Origin: Aeropyrum pernix K1
GTDB taxonomy: Archaea > Thermoproteota > Thermoprotei_A > Sulfolobales > Acidilobaceae
NCBI RefSeq assembly: GCF_000011125.1
Contig: NC_000854.2
Span: 870,001 to 902,000, forward strand
DNA length: 32,000 nucleotides
Direction of reading: 5' to 3'
Shown here: positions 1 through 9,414 of the stretch, in pieces
Layout of the letters: every line of letters starts with the position of its first letter
How positions within the stretch are numbered: position 1 is the first letter of the stretch
Notes under the pieces: model-generated
Databases searched by the model: none
What the model saw: only the letters and a program-made list of their open reading frames with translations
Told to the model about the DNA's origin: nothing
Made by a program: the position numbers and the translations under genes

Positions 1-1822
1 TCTCCTGAGGAAGCCTATTAGCAGGGGGGAGACCATAATCGTACCTGTTCTCGAAGGCCTTCCCCTGGTCGTCGTCTCCACCCAGCCAGCCCACTTCGTC
101 TATGTGACGGAGGCTACCGAGGTTGAGATCAGGGAGAAGCCTGTTAGGGAAGAGATAGAGAGGCTGAGGGGTGTTCCCAAGGTAACGTGGGAGGATATAG
201 GCGATCTCGAGGAGGCTAAGGAGAGGATTAGGGAGATAGTGGAGCTCCCTATGAAGCACCCCGAGATATTCAAACACCTGGGCATCGAGCCTCCGAAGGG
301 TATTCTGCTGTATGGCCCGCCGGGCACCGGTAAGACGCTGCTGGCCAAGGCGTTGGCGAACGAGATTGGAGCCTACTTTATCTCCATCAACGGGCCGGAG
401 ATTATGAGCAAGTATTACGGCGAGAGCGAGCAGCGGCTCAGGGAGATCTTTAAGGAGGCGGAGGAGAACGCCCCCAGCATTATCTTCATCGACGAGATTG
501 ACGCGATAGCCCCGAAGAGGGAGGAGGTTACAGGGGAGGTTGAGAAGAGGGTTGTGGCACAGCTTCTCACACTCATGGATGGATTGAAGGAGAGGGGGAG
601 GGTTATAGTCATAGGCGCGACGAACAGGCCTGACGCCATAGACCCGGCTCTGAGGAGGCCTGGAAGGTTCGACAGGGAGATTGAGATACGGCCTCCCGAT
701 AAGAGGGCTAGAGCCGAGATTCTGAAGGTTCACACCCGGAACATGCCTCTCGCAGAGGACGTGGACCTTGACAAGCTAGCCGAGATGACCCATGGCTACA
801 CAGGAGCGGATCTCGCCGCTCTGGCGAAGGAGGCGGCCATGGCGGCTTTGAGAAGGTTCATACGGGAGGGGAAGATCAATTTTGAGGCCAAGGAGATTCC
901 GGCAACCGTCCTCAAGGAGCTGAAGGTGACGATGAAAGACTTCATGGAGGCTATGAAGATGATAAGGCCTACGCTTATAAGGGAGATCTACGTCGAGGTT
1001 CCCGAGGTTAGGTGGAGTGATATAGGCGGCCTCGAGGAGGCTAAACAGGCTCTTCGAGAAGCTGTTGAGTGGCCTCTGAAGCACCCCGAGATATTTGAGA
1101 AGATGGGTATTAGGCCTCCTAGGGGTGTTCTCTTGTTCGGGCCTCCGGGTACTGGTAAGACGCTTCTGGCCAAGGCTGTGGCTACTGAGAGTGGGGCGAA
1201 CTTCATAGCGGTGAGGGGCCCGGAGATACTCAGCAAGTGGGTAGGAGAAAGCGAAAGAGCTATTCGGAAGATCTTTGAGAGGGCCAGGCAGGCAGCCCCA
1301 GCCGTAGTGTTCTTCGACGAGATAGACGCCATAGCCCCTGCGAGGGGAGCTAGGTTCGACACCAGCGGTGTTACGGACAGAATTGTAAACCAAATGCTGG
1401 CTGAGATGGACGGGATACAGCCGCTCTCAAACGTCGTTGTCATAGGGGCGACGAACAGGCCTGACATACTGGACCCTGCACTACTGAGGCCAGGAAGGTT
1501 CGACAGGCTTATCTACGTGCCACCACCGGATAAGGAGGCTAGGAAGGAGATATTCAAGATACACACAAAAAAGGTGCCACTCGGAGAAGATGTTGACCTC
1601 GAGAAGCTCGCGGAGATGACGGAGGGCTACACAGGAGCCGATATAGAGGCGGTGGTTAGAGAGGCAGTTATGGCAAAACTTAGGGAGAAGCTAGAGGTCG
1701 GTAAAGTCGAAATGAGACACTTCCTAGAGGCGCTAAAGAAAGTGCCACCCAGTCTTACCAAGGAGGATATACTCCGGTATGAAAGGCTCGCAAAGGAGCT
1801 GAAGAAGCTGACGCTGGGATGA
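1..1822 (+). CDS. cdc48: Cdc48/VCP/p97-type tandem AAA+ ATPase (5' partial; the N-domain starts upstream of the window)
   Basis: The frame is open from position 2 to the window edge ([19 protein letters not shown]...). There are two AAA+ modules, each with Walker A GPPGTGKT, Walker B (FIDEID / FFDEID) and ATNRPD..DPALxRPGRFDR. This is the D1-D2 architecture typical of archaeal Cdc48. Confidence 0.92.
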   Translation, partial: LLRKPISRGETIIVPVLEGLPLVVVSTQPAHFVYVTEATEVEIREKPVREEIERLRGVPKVTWEDIGDLEEAKERIREIVELPMKHPEIFKHLGIEPPKGILLYGPPGTGKTLLAKALANEIGAYFISINGPEIMSKYYGESEQRLREIFKEAEENAPSIIFIDEIDAIAPKREEVTGEVEKRVVAQLLTLMDGLKERGRVIVIGATNRPDAIDPALRRPGRFDREIEIRPPDKRARAEILKVHTRNMPLAEDVDLDKLAEMTHGYTGADLAALAKEAAMAALRRFIREGKINFEAKEIPATVLKELKVTMKDFMEAMKMIRPTLIREIYVEVPEVRWSDIGGLEEAKQALREAVEWPLKHPEIFEKMGIRPPRGVLLFGPPGTGKTLLAKAVATESGANFIAVRGPEILSKWVGESERAIRKIFERARQAAPAVVFFDEIDAIAPARGARFDTSGVTDRIVNQMLAEMDGIQPLSNVVVIGATNRPDILDPALLRPGRFDRLIYVPPPDKEARKEIFKIHTKKVPLGEDVDLEKLAEMTEGYTGADIEAVVREAVMAKLREKLEVGKVEMRHFLEALKKVPPSLTKEDILRYERLAKELKKLTLG

Positions 1823-1860
1823 CGCCCCCCAGAATTCGATCCACCCTCCCTATTCCTAAG

Positions 1861-1865
1861 TTTTT
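1861..1865 (+). terminator. Oligo-T tract (T5) 39 nt after the cdc48 stop, a candidate archaeal terminator
   Basis: The sequence reads aagTTTTTgtg directly downstream of the stop at 1822. Archaeal RNAP terminates at oligo-T runs. Position is the only evidence. Confidence 0.25.
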
Positions 1866-1995
1866 GTGATTAGCTCTCTTCCCCTCATGTAGCCCCAAGT
1901 CTTTGCGCTACATATTTTAGCAGACTGCGCATGACTCCATCCCCTCTTTATGGAGGCTAGAGGCCGGGGATTGTCTGACAGCTGTTTGTAGTGTG

Positions 1996-2084
1996 TGGCG
2001 CCGGGGGCGGGATTCGAACCCGCGCGCCCCTCGCGGGGCAACGGGTCTCAAGCCCGCCGCCTTGGGCCGCTCGGCCACCCCGGC
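1996..2084 (-). tRNA. tRNA-Ser (anticodon UGA), type II with long variable arm, CCA encoded
   Basis: The reverse complement folds by hand. Acceptor is GCCGGGG/CCCCGGC, the anticodon stem is GCGGG/CCCGT with loop CTTGAGA (anticodon TGA), the variable arm is GCCCC-GCGA-GGGGC, and the T arm is GCGGG-TTCGAAT-CCCGC. Discriminator is G followed by CCA. Confidence 0.9.
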
Positions 2085-2310
2085 ACCCTCTAAATCTTAA
2101 CATATCCTGACGGAGTTAATAGAGTCTCGTGCGAACCTCTATATCTCCTCTAGCCTATATATGGAGAATGTCGGGCCCGGTGAGTGGAGCTCGCACTCTG
2201 AGCCGTGGGAATGAAGATGGCCTGTGTTGCCGAGGGCCCTTAGCCTGTGGTGATAGTTTTTACCGTTATGTGGAGGGATGATGTTAACGAGGTAGTCTGA
2301 ATAGCTGGGC

Positions 2311-2895
2311 GTGTTGAGGTTATCCCCGGCTGACCATGTTAGGCTGGAGGTAGGTGCTGCGAGCTTGGATGAATCTTTTGGCATCGTCGAGAGGATTGTT
2401 CGGGCAGGGTGTGCTAAGGGCTGCTCGTGGTATGTAGTCGGGTCTGTGTATGTTAGGCCAGACAGGGTTTTCTCGAGGCTTGTTAAGGCTCTGGAGGATG
2501 AGGGGGCTCTGCTGCATTATGTTGATGAGGTTGAGAGGAGGATTGTCTTTAAAATAGGGTTTAGGGGTCTAGCTAAGCTCGCGGGGCTCATAGCTTTGTC
2601 GTCAAGGGCAGTCTCCCTCGAGCTTAAGGCTTCCTGCAGAATAGCCGGCTGGGCGGAGGCTCTCGAATGTATTATGGATAAGTACAGGGTATTCAAGCGT
2701 GATAGGGAATCCGGCACTGTGGTGGCATACGGTGTCGTGGGAGGCCGTATTGTCGAGGCTGAGGTCAAGGGAAGCCGGCTCCACCTTAAGATAGGGAGGA
2801 GGTTCGGAGGCTCTCTCCGCTCGGCCCCGCCCCAGGGCCTATTCAGGATGTCCCTAGAGGAGGTTCTAGAGCTGATGGGGCATGGTGGAGGCTAG
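2311..2895 (+). CDS. Hypothetical protein (194 aa), no family recognised
   Basis: This is the only long ORF here with protein-like composition. Its end overlaps the next gene's ATG by 14 nt (ATGGTGGAGGCTAG), which suggests coupling. The start is uncertain (GTG 2311 or TTG 2314; there is no in-frame ATG near the 5' end). Confidence 0.4.
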   Translation: MLRLSPADHVRLEVGAASLDESFGIVERIVRAGCAKGCSWYVVGSVYVRPDRVFSRLVKALEDEGALLHYVDEVERRIVFKIGFRGLAKLAGLIALSSRAVSLELKASCRIAGWAEALECIMDKYRVFKRDRESGTVVAYGVVGGRIVEAEVKGSRLHLKIGRRFGGSLRSAPPQGLFRMSLEEVLELMGHGGG

Positions 2896-4243
2896 CTTCG
2901 GCTATGAGGATTTCATAGTGAGGATGGCTACAGGCCTGCTCGTAGGAGCACTTATTGGTATTGAGAGGGAGAGGGCCCAGCTTGTTGGGAAGAGCGAGAA
3001 GTCGGGCAGCATACCGGGCTTCAGAAGCATGGGGTTCATGGGCCTCTACGGCAGCGCCACGGGATACGTAAGCTCCTACACAGCCTCCCAGTATGGGGTC
3101 GTGTTCGCGGCCCTAATAGCAGGCCTGGGCGCGGCAACGATAACGCTGTTGACTCTCCTCTTCGCATACACTAGAATGATAAGGCTAAGGGCAATGGGGT
3201 TCACCACATATGTGGTTATTCTTCTAACATTCGTTGCAGGCCTTATGAGTGGGATGGGCCTCATCCTAGAGGGGGTAGCGGTAGGTGTAATAGGGGGCCT
3301 TCTTCTAGCCTCAAAATATCCCGTGGTCAGGATGACCAGGTCGGTCAGCTACTCCGAGCTAATAGCCCTCATGGAGGTTGCCGCTCTCATACTAGTGCTA
3401 GGACCGGCGGTTTACTATGCGGGCGGCTATATACCCTTCATCGACGTTTTCCAGGTTTACATATTCTTCACCGCAATAGTTGCAGTAAGCTTCACAAGCT
3501 ACATTGCATCGAGAATCTGGGGGGTCAGAGGGTTTGTTACAAGCATAATTCTCGGTAGCATTGTAAACAGCGAGGCGGTGGTGGCCAGCATAGCCTCGAG
3601 GCGGGACATCGACCGGGGCGTTGTTTTCCAAGCAGTCGTAGCTGCTCTGAGTGTAATGCAGCTTAGAATAGCTGGGCTAGGCCTCCTAGCTTTACTAGTG
3701 GGGGGAGGTTTCCCCCAGGGGGAGGTAGTCCTCCACTTCAGGGACAACATCCTGCCCTGGCTTATACTCCTAGCACTTATGACTATAGCCTCAATAGTCG
3801 CTTGGGCGTCCACATTAGCATTGGAGAAGGTAGAGAACAAGGGGGTAATTCCGGGCACGCCGCTGCAGTGGGGTGTGGCGGTCAGGGGGGCTGTCGCGTT
3901 CTTACTGCTCACACTACTGTTCGACGCCGCTTCCAGGGCATTGTCAGGCTATACTGGCAACATCGCATTCCTAACACTGTCAATAATAGGGGGCTTTATA
4001 AGCGCCAACGCAACTCTACTCTCCCTCGCAGGCCTGCTAACGAGGCTCGGAGCCGACACTTTCACGGTAGGAATTCTGGGTATAGCGCTGGGGGCCACCT
4101 TTAACAAGATACTCTACACGAGGGCTGTCGGAGCACCCCCCGAGACGGTAAAGGAGATTACCAAGGCCACCGCCTTGATGAGCCTGCTACCAGTCTTCTT
4201 CCTAATCTTATTCTGGTTGCTGCTGCAAACCCCGACAGGCTAA
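2882..4243 (+). CDS. Polytopic membrane protein, MgtC/SapB-like N-terminus with a DUF4010-like extension
   Basis: The N-terminal motif GLLVGALIGIERE resembles the MgtC/SapB family signature (GxxIGxERE). About 10-12 hydrophobic helices run through the 453 aa. Assignment is from motif memory only. Confidence 0.55.
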   Translation: MVEASFGYEDFIVRMATGLLVGALIGIERERAQLVGKSEKSGSIPGFRSMGFMGLYGSATGYVSSYTASQYGVVFAALIAGLGAATITLLTLLFAYTRMIRLRAMGFTTYVVILLTFVAGLMSGMGLILEGVAVGVIGGLLLASKYPVVRMTRSVSYSELIALMEVAALILVLGPAVYYAGGYIPFIDVFQVYIFFTAIVAVSFTSYIASRIWGVRGFVTSIILGSIVNSEAVVASIASRRDIDRGVVFQAVVAALSVMQLRIAGLGLLALLVGGGFPQGEVVLHFRDNILPWLILLALMTIASIVAWASTLALEKVENKGVIPGTPLQWGVAVRGAVAFLLLTLLFDAASRALSGYTGNIAFLTLSIIGGFISANATLLSLAGLLTRLGADTFTVGILGIALGATFNKILYTRAVGAPPETVKEITKATALMSLLPVFFLILFWLLLQTPTG

Positions 4244-4301
4244 ATCTCCCACTCCTGCATCCTCAAAACTCTCGCTCCCCAAAGAATATCTCGGGTGTTG
4301 A

Positions 4302-4568
4302 TTGATGCCGCAGAGGGGCTTTATCAGGGTTAAGGATGGAGTGAATCCTGAGGACCTAGCTATCACTCTGGTTGTAGAATGCAAGGAGCGGGGAAGGGTA
4401 AGGCTCAGGGCCGTGGGCAGCGAGGTATGCACACTCTTCGAATCTCTTAGGATAGCACAGGAAACTTTGGGAAGGCAACTCAAGATACAAATTTTAGACA
4501 TTAAACCGAACTTCTCCGGCCCCACTAGAGAAACGGAGATTGTCGTTGAAGCTTCGCTGGATGAATAG
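4302..4568 (+). CDS. SpoVS-like (Alba-fold-like) small protein, 88 aa
   Basis: The residue pattern IRV..G.NP..LA..L....KERG...LRAVG......ESLRIA...L....KI......F.....ETEIVVEA parallels Bacillus SpoVS (LKVSAKSSPNSVAGALAGVLRERGAAEIQAIGAGALNQAVKAVAIARGF...TAIKLIVE). The competing antisense ORF 4208..4624 is S/R/L-rich and low in complexity. Confidence 0.5.
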   Translation: MMPQRGFIRVKDGVNPEDLAITLVVECKERGRVRLRAVGSEVCTLFESLRIAQETLGRQLKIQILDIKPNFSGPTRETEIVVEASLDE

Positions 4569-4764
4569 CGTTTCCAAATCCTACCCCGGCGGCCCCCACC
4601 CAAGCTCCTAGACCCGGAAGTCAACTATTGAAGAGCGGGGGCTCAGCAGTCTTCCTTAGCACCTCGGTATTACACACCCTTCTACCACTCAATCCCGAGG
4701 CTCCTTTAGTCTGATCGGTGCCGGATTGGGGGTTTAGGCTAGCTGTAGCTGCGACCCCTCTCCG

Positions 4765-7700
4765 ATGATGGGTGGGGTAGCTGTAATGCCGGGCGGCGTC
4801 AACGCTGTATATATGGGTCTCTGCTACAACTGCGGAGGCAATATAGATGAGGATAGGCTAGAGAAGGGTCTACCCTGTGCTAGATGCCTCCCCTCGCCTC
4901 CACGCAGGGCCACGCCCCTCACAGTCTACAGAGCCCTTAAGAAGGCGGGCACCCTGGGGGCGTACTCGTGGGAGTACCTGAGTATTAGGGAGGTAGAGAG
5001 GTTTGAAGCGTACTTTGCGGCGAAGAGTGGGAGCCGCCTCTGGTCAGCTCAGAGGAGCTGGGCCAAGAGGCTGGTTAAGGGAGATAGCTTCGCGATAATA
5101 GCCCCCACGGGCGTTGGAAAAAGCACGCTTCTCACCGTTTACGCGGCCTACGTAGCTGCCGTCAAGAGGGGGCGCGTCCTATACCTGGTCCCCACGGAGA
5201 ACCTTGTCCGCCAGGTTTACGCCAAGCTAGACCAGGTCGAGCCGGGGATAGCTACTGCCTACTATTCTCGAATGCCGGCGAAGGCGAGAGAGTCGAGTCT
5301 CGAGAAGATCGCTAGCGGTGGGGCGAGGCTAATCGTTGCAACAACAGGCTTCTTATCTCGCCGGTTCGACCTCCTACACCCCCAGTACAAGTTCGATCTG
5401 GCCATAGTGGACGATGTTGACAGCCTCCTCAGGAACAGTAGAAACGTTGAGCGGATACTCCTTCTAACAGGATTCTCTGAGGAGACGGTTGAAGCTGCCC
5501 ACAGCCTTGTCAAAGCAAGGCTGAAGCTCTACCGAGCCCTACACAGCGGGGCTAGCGAGTCTATCGTCTCGAGGCTTGAACAGGAGATAGCGCAGCTGGA
5601 GGCCCGGCTCAGGCTGAGCCTCTCTGAAGCTTCTCCCGGTCAGCTGGTTATAGCCAGTGCCACGGGGAGGCCTAGGGGGGTTAAACATCTTCTGTTCAAG
5701 GAGTTGCTGGGGTTTGAGGTGGGCGGTGGAAGCGACTATCTGAGGAACATAGTTGACGCTTACGTCGTTGACAGTGATCCTGTAGGGAGAACCGCGGAGA
5801 TTGTGTCAGCACTCGGAGACGGTGTCATAGTGTTTGTTAGCCAGAGGCTGGGTAAGGACGTTGCCAGGGCTATAGCGGGCAGGCTAGAGGGGATGGGCGT
5901 CTCAACAGCCCTAGCTCTAACCGGGGCTAGGCGGCCGGTGGAGGCTTTTGCAAGGGGCGAAGCCCGGGTTCTCATAGGAATGGCTAGCCGGTACGGAGTT
6001 ATAGTCAGGGGCCTCGACCTCCCGGAGAGGTCGAAATACGCGGTCTTCCTGGGAGCACCCTCGGCAAAGACGCATCTCCTCGAGGCCCTCTACTCCCCTA
6101 GGAGGATGCTAGCCTTCCTATCCATAGCCCAGGAGAAGGGGGTTGAGTGGGCTGGCGAGGCCTTTAGGAGGCTCTCACGCCTTTTAGAGAAGGTTATCGA
6201 CACTAGCATAGTATCACTTGCAGCCCGGGGAAAGCTGGAGGCTCAGGGGCCGGCTGGCGAGGCTGCCGGGATAATTAGTGAGACGGCGCCCAGGCTTGTA
6301 GATTGGCTGGTCGCGGAGGCCAGGCTCCAGGGTGGTCTACTGAGGGTGGGCGGGCTGGTGGTTGACGCTAGAGGCCCCATTCCCTACCTTGTAGTGCCCG
6401 ATGCTCCAACCTATATCCAGGCCTCAGGCAGGGTTAGCAGGCTGTATAGGGGTGTTATGACGAGGGGGCTGAGTATAGTTGTCGACGAGGCTCCGGAGTA
6501 CGTGGAGGCTTTGGGCGAGAGGCTCAAGTGGACGACTAGCTCCCGACTCCGGCCTCTCAGCGAGGTGGACATGGAGAAGCTCAGGAGGGAGATAGAGGAG
6601 TCGAGGAGGGGGAAGGGCAGGAGGGTTAGGGTGAAGACGACTCTCCTGGTCGTCGAGTCTCCCACGAAGGCCAGAACCATAGCCTGGTTCTGGGGTAGGC
6701 CGGGCAAGAGGAGGATTGGCCGCAGCGTAATCTATGAGGCCAGCGTGAGCGATCCCGAGACCGGGGACGTCCATATACTCCAGATAACGAGCACGAGGGG
6801 CCACTTAACCGATTTGACTACAGACAGCGTGGGCAGCAAGTATGGTGTTGATGAGGATGGAGGCGGGTACAGGGCCTACTACTCAACTATAAAACGCTGT
6901 CTCGACTGCGGAGCCCAGCACACATCATCCTCCCCCTTCTGCCCACGCTGCGGCAGCCCGAGGCAGGTTGACTCTAAGAGCGTTGTAGAGATACTCAGGA
7001 AGCTTGCGAGCGAAGTGGATGAGATAGTGATAGCAACAGACCCCGACAGGGAGGGGGAGAAGATTGCATGGGACGTGTTCCTTGCAGTCAGGCCTTACAA
7101 CCCCAACGTCAGGAGAGGCAGGTTCCACGAGGTCACACCAAGAGCAGTTATAGAGGCTCTGAGGAGCGGGGAAAGCGTGGAAAAGAGCCTTATAGAGGCT
7201 CAGAAGGTCAGGAGGATAGTAGACAGGTGGATAGGATTCCACCTGTCCACACACCTCAAGCTTAAGTTCTCTAAGCCCTGGCTTGGCGCGGGAAGAGTCC
7301 AGACTCCAGTGCTGGGGTGGATAGTTGATAGGTACCGTGAGTGGCAGGACACTAGAGGATACCTGGTGATATTCAAACTGTCCTCTGGAGGGAGGACCTC
7401 GTACTTCACCCAAAATCGGCTGGAGGTCGAGAACCTTAAAAGGGTGGAGTGGCTGGAGGTCGTCGACATTGCTGGGAAGACGGAAGAGAGAAACCCGCCG
7501 CCCCCCTACACGACGGACGAGTACCTATACGACGCGAGTAGAAAACTCGGTCTAAGCGCGGGGCTGGCGATGAAGATAGCCCAGGACCTCTTCGAGTCGG
7601 GACTCATCACGTACCATAGGACAGACTCTACCAGGGTCAGCCCCACTGGTGTCAAGCTTGCACTCGAGTACCTTGCCTCCAGGGGTCTTGAGGGCGAAGC

Positions 7701-8433
7701 CCAGCCCCGAGGATGGGGTGAGGGGGGCGCCCACGAGGCTATAAGGCCTGTCAGGCCTATCGACGCCCAGGATCTCGAGAGGGCTGTCCTATCAGGCTCC
7801 ATAAGAATTCCGATCAGGCTTACTAGACTCCACATCAGGGTCTACGACATGATATTCAGGAGGTTTATAGCAAGCCAGATGAAGCCAGCCACTCTCGATA
7901 TTGTCGAGGCTACTCTCCAGGCTGGGGAGACGGTGTTTAACCATGCGGGCGTAGCCAGGGTGAGGGGAGGATATGCCCTTGTGAACCCGCCCCGCGTTGA
8001 GGAGTGGCTGGCCCGCCTGTCTCCCGGTGATAGGATCGATGTGGAGGATGTTCTGGTTGTGAAGTCCAGCCTGAAGAGGCTATACAGGGCTGGCGATATA
8101 GTCAAGATGATGAGGGAGCATGGCATAGGGAGGCCGAGCACCTACGCGAAGGCTATAGAGCAGAACAGGAGGCACGGGTATGTGATCGAGAGTAAGAAGA
8201 TGAGATACCTCATACCAACAAAAACTGGTGTGTCAATCTACGACTACCTATCCAACGGATTCAAGAAGCTGGTATCGGTTGACACGACTAGGAGGCTTGA
8301 GGAGGCTCTGGAGAGGGTTGAAAAGGGTGTTGAGAAGCCTGAGGCCGTGCTAGCCAGCGTGTGGAGGATGGTGGACGAGGCTGTCAGCCTACACGCTGCA
8401 ACCGGAGATGTAATGGGCCAGTCTGAGGCTTAA
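4765..8433 (+). CDS. rgy: Reverse gyrase (helicase-like domain fused to type IA topoisomerase)
   Basis: The N-terminal Zn finger is CYNCGG...CARC. Helicase motif I is APTGVGKS and motif II is DDVD. The TOPRIM region has LLVVESPTKA and DPDREGE with an inserted Zn ribbon CLDCG...CPRCG. The catalytic Tyr motif is ITYHRTDS. The start may be ATG 4765 or the in-frame ATG at 4786. Confidence 0.95.
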   Translation: MMGGVAVMPGGVNAVYMGLCYNCGGNIDEDRLEKGLPCARCLPSPPRRATPLTVYRALKKAGTLGAYSWEYLSIREVERFEAYFAAKSGSRLWSAQRSWAKRLVKGDSFAIIAPTGVGKSTLLTVYAAYVAAVKRGRVLYLVPTENLVRQVYAKLDQVEPGIATAYYSRMPAKARESSLEKIASGGARLIVATTGFLSRRFDLLHPQYKFDLAIVDDVDSLLRNSRNVERILLLTGFSEETVEAAHSLVKARLKLYRALHSGASESIVSRLEQEIAQLEARLRLSLSEASPGQLVIASATGRPRGVKHLLFKELLGFEVGGGSDYLRNIVDAYVVDSDPVGRTAEIVSALGDGVIVFVSQRLGKDVARAIAGRLEGMGVSTALALTGARRPVEAFARGEARVLIGMASRYGVIVRGLDLPERSKYAVFLGAPSAKTHLLEALYSPRRMLAFLSIAQEKGVEWAGEAFRRLSRLLEKVIDTSIVSLAARGKLEAQGPAGEAAGIISETAPRLVDWLVAEARLQGGLLRVGGLVVDARGPIPYLVVPDAPTYIQASGRVSRLYRGVMTRGLSIVVDEAPEYVEALGERLKWTTSSRLRPLSEVDMEKLRREIEESRRGKGRRVRVKTTLLVVESPTKARTIAWFWGRPGKRRIGRSVIYEASVSDPETGDVHILQITSTRGHLTDLTTDSVGSKYGVDEDGGGYRAYYSTIKRCLDCGAQHTSSSPFCPRCGSPRQVDSKSVVEILRKLASEVDEIVIATDPDREGEKIAWDVFLAVRPYNPNVRRGRFHEVTPRAVIEALRSGESVEKSLIEAQKVRRIVDRWIGFHLSTHLKLKFSKPWLGAGRVQTPVLGWIVDRYREWQDTRGYLVIFKLSSGGRTSYFTQNRLEVENLKRVEWLEVVDIAGKTEERNPPPPYTTDEYLYDASRKLGLSAGLAMKIAQDLFESGLITYHRTDSTRVSPTGVKLALEYLASRGLEGEAQPRGWGEGGAHEAIRPVRPIDAQDLERAVLSGSIRIPIRLTRLHIRVYDMIFRRFIASQMKPATLDIVEATLQAGETVFNHAGVARVRGGYALVNPPRVEEWLARLSPGDRIDVEDVLVVKSSLKRLYRAGDIVKMMREHGIGRPSTYAKAIEQNRRHGYVIESKKMRYLIPTKTGVSIYDYLSNGFKKLVSVDTTRRLEEALERVEKGVEKPEAVLASVWRMVDEAVSLHAATGDVMGQSEA

Positions 8434-8463
8434 TACCACGGCCAGCAAACTCGGGAAAAACTG

Positions 8464-9414
8464 GTGCCTCCCCTATTGGGGTTCGAAGTCAACGCCTCAG
8501 CCCTCTCCAAAAGGTTTGGGCAGCGCTATGCATACCGAAACGTGGAATTCACTTTCACATCAGGCATACTAGGCGTGCTTGGACCGAATGGGGCTGGTAA
8601 GACCACCCTGCTCAAGACAATATTGGGATTAGTGAAGCCCAGTGCCGGAGAGATATTGGTGGAAGGTGTAAACCCCCGTAGCCCCGGGTTCGAGAAGCTT
8701 TTGCCGAGGATAGGATACGTGCCAGAACTGCCTGTAGTTCCTCTCTGGACGACCCCCTGCATCCTCCTCGAAACCCTTGCCAGGCTAGAAGGGTACACGA
8801 GTGTGGAGGCTAGGGTGAGGGCGAGAGAGGCTCTGGAGGTTGTCGGGCTTGCGGGCGAGTGTGAGACACCGATAGGAAAGTTAAGCAAGGGTGCTAGGAA
8901 GAGGGTGCTGGTGGCCCAGGCGTTTATAGGCGAGAGGGAGCTCCTTGTTCTCGACGAGCCTTACAGCGGGCTGGACCCCGAGTGGGTATATAGGGTTAGA
9001 GAGCTTCTGAGGACGGTGGCTAGAGAGGGTGCTACGGTCATAGTATCCAGCCACATTCTAAGGGAGCTGGAGGATATAGCCACCCATGTTCTAGTCCTCA
9101 AAACAGACCAGCTATTCTACGGGAGCATTGAAGAGCTCAGGGCTTGGCTCTCGGGCACTCCCCGGATCATACTTTCGGTGGCGGAGCCTGAGAGGGCTGT
9201 TGAGGTCCTAAGACGCGGAGGCTTCAACGCCTACACCATTAATAAGGGAGGCCAGTTAGTGGTAGCTGTGGAGGGGGCTGACGACCCGGCCAGGGTGCTT
9301 AGCCTGCTGCTCGCCGAGAATATCGAAATTAGTGAGTATAGGGTGGAAAAGGCGAGTCTCGAGGAGGCTTACCTAAAGCTGGTGGGTGCAGGCGATGGCC
9401 TGGGAGGAGGCTAA
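8464..9414 (+). CDS. ABC transporter ATP-binding protein (ABC-2/exporter-type)
   Basis: Walker A is GPNGAGKTT, the signature is LSKGARKR, Walker B is LLVLDEP and the H-loop is SSH. GTG start. Confidence 0.85.
   Translation: MPPLLGFEVNASALSKRFGQRYAYRNVEFTFTSGILGVLGPNGAGKTTLLKTILGLVKPSAGEILVEGVNPRSPGFEKLLPRIGYVPELPVVPLWTTPCILLETLARLEGYTSVEARVRAREALEVVGLAGECETPIGKLSKGARKRVLVAQAFIGERELLVLDEPYSGLDPEWVYRVRELLRTVAREGATVIVSSHILRELEDIATHVLVLKTDQLFYGSIEELRAWLSGTPRIILSVAEPERAVEVLRRGGFNAYTINKGGQLVVAVEGADDPARVLSLLLAENIEISEYRVEKASLEEAYLKLVGAGDGLGGG

Noticed and set aside
776-1467. Long antisense ORFs (776..1393 and 988..1467, minus strand) inside the cdc48 gene
   Set aside because: They are fully embedded opposite a gene with unmistakable AAA+ motifs. 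Their translations are S/P/L/R-rich and low in complexity, the usual GC-rich antisense artefact. The same reasoning applies to 3499..3912(-), 5262..5513(-), 6411..6804(-), 6925..7413(-), 15901..16677(-), 16810..17352(-), 17328..17762(-), 20870..21337(-), 21425..21922(-) and 31201..31671(+).
104-1822. Internal DNA/protein repeat (two similar roughly 270 aa blocks)
   Set aside because: This is the D1/D2 AAA+ domain duplication intrinsic to Cdc48, not a mobile or tandem repeat element.
1856-2041. 61 aa ORF on the minus strand overlapping tRNA-Ser
   Set aside because: It reads through the tRNA gene body, and the tRNA fold is perfect. Spurious.
4208-4624. 138 aa minus-strand ORF overlapping the SpoVS-like ORF
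   Set aside because: Its composition is S/R/G/L-rich with no motif, while the plus-strand ORF matches a known small-protein family pattern. It is kept as a caveat in the findings.
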